From Takakia lepidozioides (lineage: Eukaryota; Plantae; Bryophyta), in assembly GCA_030704615.1 (NCBI GenBank), contig CM060731.1, positions 77,934,001-77,998,000 on the forward strand: DNA of 64,000 nucleotides, written 5' to 3'. Below the pieces are notes generated by a model, which saw only the letters and a program-made list of their open reading frames with translations, had not been told where the DNA came from and did no database searches. Numbering within the stretch: position 1 is the first letter of the stretch; each line of letters starts with the position of its first letter. The position numbers and the translations under genes were made by a program. Below, in pieces: positions 11,331-35,246 of this stretch.

Positions 11331-14300
11331 TGTCATGAAGGTGTCCACCTTCCTAGCGGAAGACAGTGGCCCTTGGGGGTGAAGTGACTCCATAAGTGTT
11401 ACACTTCCTTCGGGAGGCGTCATATTGGACATATTACGGAAGCAGGTGTAAATTATGGTGTCACTTGACCCGGAAGGGCTACTCCCCGGTTGAAGGTGGA
11501 CATCTTTATGAAATCCAACATGTGGTTTGGAAGTTCGAACCCATCCCCAAGGGGAAAGCACTGCCAAAAAATTTCGTTTGTACTTATCGTGCAGTTAACT
11601 AGCAGAATTCATGGGGTGCATTCCACATGGAATTCCATATGCATTCCCATGGCGGAATGCATCCCTCGAGTGCATTCCGAAATACAGAATGCACCGGCCA
11701 TTAGACTTTCTGTAAACAATTTGCCCCTCCATTCCCGGATTTTCCGGCCTTCCTCTTGGGCTACCGCCCTCGGCGTCAGGCCCTTAAATCTGGGAATGCC
11801 CTCCACTCAGGGCATTACCCTAGACAGAATAGTACCCCGCTCGGCGATTCTGGATTACCGCCATCAGCCCGTGGTTCTCGAAATCCAGGAAGGGGCAGGG
11901 GTGCTTTCCGAAAGGCAGACTCGAAAATCTAGGAAAGTCATGGGATAAGAATTTGACCTCTTACATGCTTAAAAGACCCATGGGCACTTCTTTTAAATTC
12001 AAATTGAAAGGTGACGAACGGTAGGACCGCTGGCCCTGGTGGGGGAGTGGATGAAATTTGTTTGTCTGTGCACTTATGGATGAAAACCCTTCATAGCGGA
12101 TGGTTCCCAAAGCGAAATGGCATCTACTGCCACTTTACGACCATATACGCTGTTTGTTGTCATATATTTATCGAAACAATTTCAAAGGCCGTACCCAGCC
12201 TAGGACTTTCAATGGTTTTGATAAATAATTAGAATCACGGTGTTGGTGTGACAGGCTTGAGGAGAATGATGTGCACATATTGCATGTTTGAGGTTGGGTA
12301 GCGTGTGAGCATGCTCACATTGGTGTGAGCCTGCTTATGCGAGCATATAGGCATATTTTGTGTATTCCCTAAAAATCCTAGGAATTTGCCATAGCGAAAC
12401 CAAACAGCGCTCACGCGAAAAAATTATGAAATTATCATGAAAACCGTGCTCATGCAACAAAACCTACAAAGCTCATTGCTTAAAGTTGAACTCACATGAG
12501 CACAAACAACCACAAATATTTCTGCCAGAACTCAAAGGTCAGCAAACGTAAACCAAAAAATAATAAATATGTGGCATTAAAAACCCAATATATGAATTCT
12601 TACAAACATATTTTGAAACATATGTGAACAACATCCCCAATAACCACCAAAAATTGGGTTTTGCCATCGAAACTTGGGGTTTTTAAAAAACAAATTTCAA
12701 AGGTTTTTCGCTTTCGAGCTCCTTCTATAAGTTTACTAAAATTATATTTACAAACCATGTAACGCAAAAAGACCCTATGTCCGTCTATCATATGTATTTC
12801 CGCTGGCATACATATCACCCCCATAACCGTGGATCCGGCTCACGCAGGTTTTTTTTTTTTGCTCACGCCATACCAATCCCCGCATGTTTGAAGGTCGCCT
12901 CCGTTAAATTTCCCTGGGTTTTTTGTCAGTTTCTTTGGGGTGTTCAAATTCTATTCCCCCAGCAAGGCCAAACTTTTGCATTATTGGCTCCTCCCTAAAA
13001 ATTAGACTATCCATCACCGTCAAAAATGTGTAAGTTGTTACAACTTCCCCAAATAATACCTGCACTGAATGGACCTCCCTTAAAGCATTTATCAAATTTC
13101 ATCAATCATTTCCATCATATTACTGTTATTGATAATATATTGTACATTTCTTCATCGCAGTAATATTCAATTTTATGTTTTCTTTGTCTCATCTGTTTAG
13201 TCTGAATACAAGGAAATCAAATTAAAAATAAACTAATGAAACCTCATCCACTACACTTTATTAGTGAGATTATTTTTTCCTCTTATAATCCCCCTCTTTT
13301 CAATTCAGTTCGACGGTTTTCTCCCCTATTTCAAGGAAAATTAAGAAAAACAAAACAAAATATTTTCTGATCTTTAGGATACCAGCTAATGCCAAATTTT
13401 TGGTTGTAGTAAAGACAAAGGGCCACGTCAATAGGTTTTGGCTAAATCTTAATATCTTTTTAGCCAAAAACCCATATGTTAATAGATATTACTTGAAATT
13501 CCCTTCAAGCTCTCATGGGCTTCTTCCCTTTTGATTTTATCCAACAATTTGTTTTGTTTTTTTTGTTTAAAGAAATGGGAGGAAGCCCTTGAGAGCTTTA
13601 TTGAAGACTATTGAAGGGAAAAATATTAAAACCCTTACATGCCTTAAGGCTGCCTTGACTCGGCCTGGACACATGGAGGTTGGAGATACCAAGGGAACAG
13701 TCACTAGGAGAGGAGAGCCCCACTCGATAGCATGGAAGAACAACAATTATTTTATGATATTTTAATGTACATATTCTATAAAATAATTCTGCACCACCAC
13801 AACAATTATAAAATTCATGACTTCTTTTCACATGCAACTTCAATTTCACAATTATAAGTTCTACAATTTCCACAAACAGATCATGGTTGGACAAGTGCGT
13901 ATCACCCACATTGCATATCTGATATTACAGATGCATATTGGACGGACCATAAACCTGTATTTACTGGCATTAAAATCAACTAATGATATTCCTTCCTAGA
14001 AACATATCTCATCAACTAGCAGGAGCCTGGAGACATAGTAAGTTATGCAATAAGCCGCTTGTTAAAACAGCCTAAGTTTTTAAAGCATGTGATTCAATAC
14101 CATAAGTAGTAGCTCAATTTTGTCGGCAATGATAAACCGATGAACTCTTATCTGTTGCTCTTATCTATAGCTCCGATGACCAAGGCACAGTGACCTATCC
14201 GTGCGTTTGTAGTTTTCCTAAGTTGGGGTTATTTCACAAATTTACAGATGAATTAGTGCTTAGATAACCTCGCAGCCAGACCCATTTCCTGGCATGACAA

Positions 14301-14367
14301 AAAATATATTCATACTTATATATCTCATCCTCTACTAGAGCGACATGACTCTCACTAACCAAAAGTG

Positions 14368-15410
14368 AAACAAAATCTCAACACATTTTCAATTCACGTT
14401 ACGCACAAAACTTCAACTTTACGCCCTCAGATTCATTGACTCTGGTCAGGAAACGCTACGTCGTGAATGTGAGTCTCCCATCCCGCTCACTAATCGGGCC
14501 CTTAATCACATACTCATGACCATGGAATGAGTCGGTCCATGTTGATTTCCCCCCTCCACCCTTTTCCTCCCCACAGACCCGGCCGAATACATCACATCCA
14601 ATCTTTGTCCACACGGTCCGTCACCACCACACCGATCGAACCCGACAAATATATTACATCCCGATGAAAATTTCCCTTCTTTCAAAGAGTTAAAAATCAA
14701 AATCTGAAAAAATTACGTGATGTGTGACGGTCGATGCATCCCAAGTTCTACCACAAATTAAAAATGCACAGTGTGGATTTTTTCCCTTCCCACCCCCCCC
14801 CCTTTACATTGCTATTTAATTATTCCATCGTATAGAAGGTGGGGTGATGAAGGAACAGCCATAAAAGGGCGGAACAGGGGCGGCCTGGTGAATGAACAAA
14901 ATCTCACCACATTTTCAATTCACGTCACCCACAAAATTTCAACTTTACGCCCTCAGATTCATTGACCCTGGTCAGGAAATGCTACGTCATGAAAGTAAGT
15001 CTCCAATCCCCCTCACTAATCGGGACCTTAATCACATACTCATGACCATGGAATGAGTCTGTCCATGTTGGTTTCCCCCCTCCACCCTTTTCCTCACCAC
15101 AGACCCGGCCGAATACATCACGTCCAATCTTTGTCCACACGGTCCGTCACCACCACACCGATCGAACCCGACAAATATACTTCGTCCCGATGTAAATTTC
15201 CTTCTTTGAAAGAGTTGAAAATCCATAATCTGAAAAAATCACGTGTGTGATGTGTGATGTGTGACGGTTGATGCATTCCAAGTATTAAAAATGCAAGTGT
15301 GGATTTTTTCCCCTTTACATTCCTATTTAATTATTCCATCGTATAGAAGTGGGGTGTAGGTGTCCAGAACAGCCATAAAAGGTCCGAACAGGGGCGGCCT
15401 CGTGAATGAA
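14368..15410. repeat. Direct tandem duplication, two units of ~525 bp, upstream of YAK1
   Basis: AACAAAATCTCA.CACATTTTCAATTCACGT... starts at ~14369 and ~14895; near-identical incidental ORFs at 14506-14700 and 15032-15226. Confidence 0.92.
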
Positions 15411-16129
15411 TGAATGTAGTACAGACGGATGTGGGCCACCATCCAGCACCCCGCGCGGCCGACAAGCGACCCGTTCTGAGTTTCCAAGACCGCAGCCTCG
15501 CGCCCCGCGCCACGGGCCCCCATCCCGGGTCTCGCGTTCCCCAACACATTACCGTCCTATTATTACATTATTACCTCGCCCTTCATCTTACCACGTGGTT
15601 TGAAGACGCGACCTCGCGCATGCGGGGCCCACGCGTCAGGTCGCGACGCGGCCCCGTTGCGCAACTCGAACTCCAACATGACTGAAGTTAGGGCTGACTC
15701 AGCCGCCGCGTCAGCTGCTGTCGTGGCGCTACATCCGCGTGACTCCCCCCGCTGGATGCCGCCAGGTGCTGCGCCGTGGCACCCCGCAGTCATGGGCGCC
15801 CGCATGCGCTTCCGGTCGGTGTTTTTAATTTCCCCGATAAAAAATAATAATTCTCCGGTCGACCCCGGTAATACCCCGGGTGAGATGGTCAAGCCTGAGA
15901 TAATGGTGGGGTACGGTGGCTGGTTCCGTCAACGGGTAAACGGTGCGCAAATCCGACAGTGGCGGCCCCATATGCGAGGATAGTTATTAACGTCCATCCA
16001 AGGGGGAGAGGGGTGTGTTGCGGGGTTCGAACCGCGGACGCGCGCGGAGGGGGTGCGGAGAGGGGCTTAGGCTACACCCAGAGTGGGGTTTGGTGGGGTT
16101 GTGCTGGAGAGGGAGAGAGAAAGAGAGGG

Positions 16130-16131
16130 AC

Positions 16132-16163
<32 letters not shown>
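16130..16163 (+). repeat. (GA)n microsatellite in the YAK1 5' leader region
   Basis: Run of GA dinucleotides. Confidence 0.9.
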
Positions 16164-16165
<2 letters not shown>

Positions 16166-16572
16166 GGAGGTCGGGCGATGGCAGCAAGCGTGCGGGCACA
16201 CGCATGCTTGCGGAGCAGAGTGTTGCATGCGAGGGAGGGAGATGGAGTGCGGGAGGGGGGAGATGGAGGATGGAGTGATGGAGTGAGAGCGATGGAGTGA
16301 GAGACAAGCATGGCGAGTAAGCTTAGGGGGAGGAGGACGATGAAGGGAGAGGAAGGTACGTGAGGCGGGGAGGGGATGCTGCTGCCGGCCGAGGAGCACT
16401 TGGTGCGGGCAGACGAGATGGGACGGAGTGGTGGTGCGACGACGTAGGGTGTCACCCCGTGGGAGCCCCGGGGAGCAATGGTGACTGAGAATCGGGGGGG
16501 ATGGAGGGGGAGGGTTCGGTGGTGATCGGAGCGTAGCGGAGGAGTAGGCGGGGCGGGAATTGGAGCTTAGGG

Positions 16573-29919
<13,347 letters not shown>

Positions 29920-32382
29920 GTTCACTGTTGAGTTTGTCCCAAGCTATGTGCTGTGTGTTTTAGGGCTTTAGCAACATCAGTTTCTTGAAATACTCTGCTG
30001 GTCGTTATTCCCTTGGAATTGTCATCTGCAAGAATGACTTAATGTGTTGTCAATTATATTTCCACTGAGTGATAGCGTCAAATATTGCTGTCGCTTAAAC
30101 CACTACTGTGGATCTCAGCGAGAGTGCTTGTCAATGGAGAGGAAACTCTTATTGATATAGTGGATTGCTATACGGAGTTGTCAGGGTGGTTTTTCATTGC
30201 TCAGATAATGCTAACGCTCTTATCAAATTGCCCGTCTCTCGTGTACAGGGCGTAGACATGGTCAATATTTGGGTGGAGGGTTTGTGCGGCCGCCTGTCCC
30301 CACTGTCCCAGCCCGGAGAGAATATCAGTAGGTTTGAAGATATACAAAGTGGCTGTTTTTTCCCCTTCATCACACCAACAAGGGGGGAGATGCATGCTGC
30401 CATTCTTTCTGGCTTTCAAATGCCCAAGCATTATGACTACCCCTGGCAGCTCACTAAGGTGAATGTCGGCCCAGGACAGTGGCATCCATGAGACCCAGTA
30501 TCTCGAGGCTTATGTTTGAATCGAAAAAGCTATAGAAGTTGCATATAAGCAGGAGTACGTTGGGGCGGGCATGTGTGGCACAGGCCTGATTCTTTGGAAC
30601 TTGAATCAGTATCTAATTTGAAAGGGGCCCTAAAGGCTGGAGAGTATTCTGGTTCAGGAGGAATACTGTCCTGCAAGAAAGGTAGCCTTTTAGTACAAAT
30701 TTTTACACGCGTCTAAACTTTGTGAACCTTGTGGAGATTAATAGAGTGAAGAATTCTCTTTCTTCCTATCTCACTTCCAACAGGTGCATTCACAAGTGTA
30801 TTCGCTTAGCTTGGGCTAAAGCTACTTGTGGCTTCATTCCCTTATACTCCAACTACACTTGTGGGTGCTGTTGGTTGTGGTATGAGCTCAATTCCACTCA
30901 ATTTCAAAGAGTAAGCTGCAAGTTGGTCTTCATTTTCTTCAGAGTTGAAGTGTATGGAATGCCTCAGTTGCACAAAGCTGGTTGCCTCTGACATTCAGAA
31001 TGAAGTCTGTGCTAATACAGGAATGGGTGCAGCCGGTGTTTTTGTTGGTGCTCTTGGATTTTTCTGCTACCTGATGGCTTCATATGCATCTTTTAGTTTT
31101 GTTGCTGAAGTTTTCTTGGACCTCTTATTCTCTTGGTCTTTTATGGATGTATGTTTTTTAACCATGTACTGTGCAGTGTTGGACTGGTATATAGGTGAAG
31201 GACTGGTATATGCACTGGTATTACATACTGGACCCGGCTGGTATCAGTTTTTTCGTACCAGCCACAATACCAGTACTCTCCCGCCATCTTCCTCATTTAA
31301 TCTGGTATGTGTATTATATTAATCTGGTGTGTACATATGCCTACATACTTGTACTTATGTATATTTACCTCTTTATATGTATTTTATTGCTTCCTCCTCA
31401 GGCTTATTCAGCTGTATCCCCCTCACATTGTAGTGCTGCATCTTCAGCTTATCTGCCAAGATGTAGAGTCTAATTTGAGAAGACTTGCATTTAAGATGAT
31501 TCACGTTTGTGTGGACTTGTTGTTTGTTGCTGTTTTTGAGAAAGGTGAGCTATTCTTAAACATGAGGTGGTTCTCTTGGCCTTCAGTGGTCCACCCAACT
31601 AAATACTGATTCACCTTCCTGAAAAGCTTCTGAGGCTTTTTGTCCAAGTTAACATACACTTATTTAGCCCACATGATGTATCCTCAAAAGCAGTGAAAAA
31701 AACTGTGGGTTGGTTAATGAATGCATAGGCGTCACCCCTCAGCAAGACAATCATCTGCAACAAACATGATATCCTTGAGCTATACCTTGGCAAATCAACT
31801 CAACTTTTGGCCTCCAAGCTAGAAACTGCATATTTATTTCAAGATCAAAGAGGCCTGCTGCACCAGTAGGAGCTCCCATGGTCCATGTCTACAGACAATG
31901 TGGCGTCTACCAGCAGAAATTTGATCAAACACACTGAGAAAAACTTTATATTCAGGTTACAAGTCAGTCTGGATGGAAACAAGAGGGAGGGGATGGATAG
32001 AAACAATTGCGCAGAGCAAAAGCTGGTATAAGAACAAATTCAGAGAGTTCATTGCGGATGCCATGCCATTGGCTCAACATCAAGGAGCAGCAGGTTTCAA
32101 GGAAAAACTTGTAGGTCTCAACAGGTTTGTTCTCCAGTCTCTCCAAAGACATCACCTTGAGTACCCACTCTTTCTTCAATCTTCTTGTAAACCTACACCC
32201 ATTCCGTAAGGTTTGTCTGACTCACTGCTGCTGCTAAATAATCACCATGGGAAGCTCACAGAAAGTACAGTAGGAACTGTCCTGATTCCTGACAAGAAAT
32301 TCTTCAAACTTCACTTACAAAAAATTATCAGTGTTCTCTCCTCACTGTTGAAGTGACGCACTTCTCACGCTTGTTGCTTATT

Positions 32383-34956
32383 TCACCAGTAATCCCCACA
32401 AGAACAAATCCCGTGTTGGAAGTGGTGAAAGCGGTTGGCATCCCGTACAACTATTGCACGGCCAACAATCTTCGAGATGAACTTGGTGGCAGTGTGACAG
32501 TCACCGCACACCCGAAGGTTCTTGATAACACGGATAGGCGCTTCCAGGGGTGTGCTGAGCAGCCCAAATGCAATGGCCAGCTTCTCACTGTGACGGCAAA
32601 GAGAAAATTCCTTTTGCTCCTCCTCCACATCACGCAATACAAAGCGTGTATCAGGCACATACCCAGCAGCCTTCATCCACCCAGACAATCTCTTGAGCTC
32701 AGCATGAATTTCCTCAAGTTTTGGATGTGACTTATCGTCTACAACGAATGTATGCACCTGGTTGCCCACCTCAATGCAACTGTGGGCTGCCTCCTTTCTT
32801 ATGCCTCTCTCCTGCATCATTTTTCTCACCTTTGCTGCATCTTCCCACCTTCCAGCAGCAGCATAGATGTTTGATAGCAGCACATAAGTTGCAGCAATTT
32901 GTGGATCCAACTTAAGCAGGCATTTTGCTGCATGTTCTGCTACTTCCACATTGCCATGAATTCTGCATGCACCAAGCAGGGCCCCCCAAACGGCAGCATC
33001 AGCTTCAATTGGCATTTTGCTTATGAAGTCCTCTGCCTCATCCAAATGCCCTGCACGGCCAAGAAGGTCCACCATGCTACCAAAATGCTCCAGGGTAGGG
33101 GTGAGTCCATGATCTCGATTCATAGAATGAAAGTAGTGATGGCCTTCACTCACTAGGCCTACATGGCTACATGCAGAGATGACACATATAAAGGTGACCC
33201 TGTTCGGCTTCAAGCCTTCTAGTTGCATTTGTTCAAATAGTTGCAAAGCCTCCCTACCACACCCATGCTGCGCATATCCAGCAATCATCACATTCCATGA
33301 GACCACATCTACTTGAGCCATACTATCAGACACTTCACGAGCCTCCTTCATGTTCCCACATTTGGCATGCATGTCTAGGAGGGCAGTCTCTAGAATGATA
33401 TCAGGGGCAATTCCAGCTTTGATGATATCAGCATGAACTTCTTTGCCCTTTTCCAGGGCTGCCAGGCTGCCACATGCATTCAGAACGCACACGAATGTGA
33501 CTTTGTCTGGCATCACCCCTTCCTGGATCATTTGTTCATAGATCTCTAAGGCCTCTATACCGCACCCATGCTGAGAATATCCTGCAATCATTGCACTCCA
33601 TGAAATGACGTCTCGTTTGGACATACTGTCAAACACTTGACGCGCATCCTTCACACTCCCACACTTAGCATACATGTTAACAAGGGTGTTCTCCAAATTA
33701 ACATATGGCTCAATTCCAGCTTCAATGATCTCAGCATGGACCTCTTTGCCCTTTCCCAGGACTGCCAAGCTAGCACACGCATTGAGAATGCAGATGAATG
33801 TGACCTCGTTGGGCATTACCCCTTCCTGTATCATTTGCTCATAGATCTCAAAAGCCTCCATACCACACCCATGCTGAGCGTATCCTGCAATCATCGCACT
33901 CCATGAGACCACATTTCGTTGATTCATATTGTCAAACAATTTACGTGCATCCTTCATGCTCCCACATTTGGCATACATGTCAACAAGGGCAGTCTCCACA
34001 ATAACATCTGATGGAATCCCAGCTTTGACTATATCAGCATGGACCTCTTTGCCCTTTTCTAGGGCAGAAAGGCTGCCACATGCATTGAGAACGCAACTAA
34101 ATGTGACTTTGTTGGGCATTCGCCCTTCCTGTATCATTTGCTCATAGATTTCCAAGGCCTCAATGCCGCACCCATGCTGGGCATAACCTGCAATCATTGC
34201 ATTCCACGATACCACATCTCGTTCAGCCATATTATTGAATATTTGACGTGCATCCTTCATGTTTCCGCATTTGGCATACATGGCAGCTAGGGCAGTCTCT
34301 AGAATAGTGTCTGGTGGAATCCCAGCTCTGATGATATTGACATGGATCTCTTTACCCTTTTCCAGTGCCCCTAGGCTGGCACAAGCTTTGAGAACACAAA
34401 TGAATGTGACATTGTTGGGGATCACCCCTTCCCATATCATTTGCTGATAGATCTCAAGGGCCTCCTTAGCATACTCATGGTTCACATACCCTGCTATCAT
34501 TATAGTCCACGAAAACACATCTCGTTCTGGCATTTTGTCAAACACTAGGCGTGCATCCACAACGCTTCCACACTTGGTATACATGTTCGCAAGGGTGTTG
34601 AGTAAATAGAGGTTTGGCTTGAATCCACTTTGCATAATCTGGGCATGCACCTTTTTACCCATTTCAAGGCTATTGATTTTGATGCACTCCCGCAAGAGAC
34701 AGAGATACATATGGGAGTCTGCCAAAATGCCTTGTTCATTTAGAATGTGTAGCACCTCTTTCAGGTGGCCTGTCTTACAAAGTGTTCTAAGATCCCCATA
34801 AGAGCCTCTAAAGCTCTTCATGAGTGAATCATCAGATTGAGCTGGACGTTGAAACAGGGCAGCTAGTGCTTTCACCCACGAAGGGTTGGACCGACCAGCA
34901 ATCCAAAGGTCTTCATTTATGCACTTGTGTCTAAAGTCTGGTGATCTTGGACTTTT
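32383..34956 (-). CDS. PLS-class PPR protein with E1-E2-DYW cytidine deaminase domain (organellar C-to-U editing factor type); terminal exon of the OSB-PPR chimera
   Basis: 17 PPR motifs in L-S-P triplets ending P2-L2-S2, then E1, E2, HSEKLA, CGDCH and terminal DYW; intronless; the first ~35 aa (KSPRSPDFRHK..EDLWI..RSNPSWV) are an OSB PDF motif, not PPR. Confidence 0.95.
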   Translation of the reverse strand, partial: KSPRSPDFRHKCINEDLWIAGRSNPSWVKALAALFQRPAQSDDSLMKSFRGSYGDLRTLCKTGHLKEVLHILNEQGILADSHMYLCLLRECIKINSLEMGKKVHAQIMQSGFKPNLYLLNTLANMYTKCGSVVDARLVFDKMPERDVFSWTIMIAGYVNHEYAKEALEIYQQMIWEGVIPNNVTFICVLKACASLGALEKGKEIHVNIIRAGIPPDTILETALAAMYAKCGNMKDARQIFNNMAERDVVSWNAMIAGYAQHGCGIEALEIYEQMIQEGRMPNKVTFSCVLNACGSLSALEKGKEVHADIVKAGIPSDVIVETALVDMYAKCGSMKDARKLFDNMNQRNVVSWSAMIAGYAQHGCGMEAFEIYEQMIQEGVMPNEVTFICILNACASLAVLGKGKEVHAEIIEAGIEPYVNLENTLVNMYAKCGSVKDARQVFDSMSKRDVISWSAMIAGYSQHGCGIEALEIYEQMIQEGVMPDKVTFVCVLNACGSLAALEKGKEVHADIIKAGIAPDIILETALLDMHAKCGNMKEAREVSDSMAQVDVVSWNVMIAGYAQHGCGREALQLFEQMQLEGLKPNRVTFICVISACSHVGLVSEGHHYFHSMNRDHGLTPTLEHFGSMVDLLGRAGHLDEAEDFISKMPIEADAAVWGALLGACRIHGNVEVAEHAAKCLLKLDPQIAATYVLLSNIYAAAGRWEDAAKVRKMMQERGIRKEAAHSCIEVGNQVHTFVVDDKSHPKLEEIHAELKRLSGWMKAAGYVPDTRFVLRDVEEEQKEFSLCRHSEKLAIAFGLLSTPLEAPIRVIKNLRVCGDCHTATKFISKIVGRAIVVRDANRFHHFQHGICSCGDYW

Positions 34957-35246
34957 CTGTGAAAACCACCAGTGGGCAGCTGAGTAGCCATAGCTTCCAC
35001 CAGTCTCAAATAGACCAGGGTCGAACCACCAGAGCAAAAAGCAACCTTCCAATACCAAGAACTACCTTGTATAACCTACTGATAGCACTGTAAGGACCAC
35101 TTTTACTGCTTTTCCCCCCAAGACAAAATTTGTCGTTAATGGAAGGGGCTAGAACTACAATCCAATCCACAAAACATCATCAGGCTGGCTCCAGTCACAA
35201 GCCCTACTTGACAAATATCTTCGAGTTCTAAATGAAAATACCTGAC

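Noticed and set aside
30165-32210. Short ORFs between the convergent YAK1 and PPR genes, including a possible leftover OSB last exon near 32120-32190 (-)
   Set aside because: No recognisable motifs; consistent with 3' UTR or intergenic sequence
32383-32800. U-to-C (DYW:KP type) editing factor
   Set aside because: It has canonical HSEKLA and terminal DYW and lacks the KP-type signature
34957-35058. ORF-track N-terminus of the PPR protein (MVLEGCFLLWW...)
   Set aside because: It starts at a non-ATG codon and lies upstream of a good acceptor (TTTTCACAG, 34957); most likely intron
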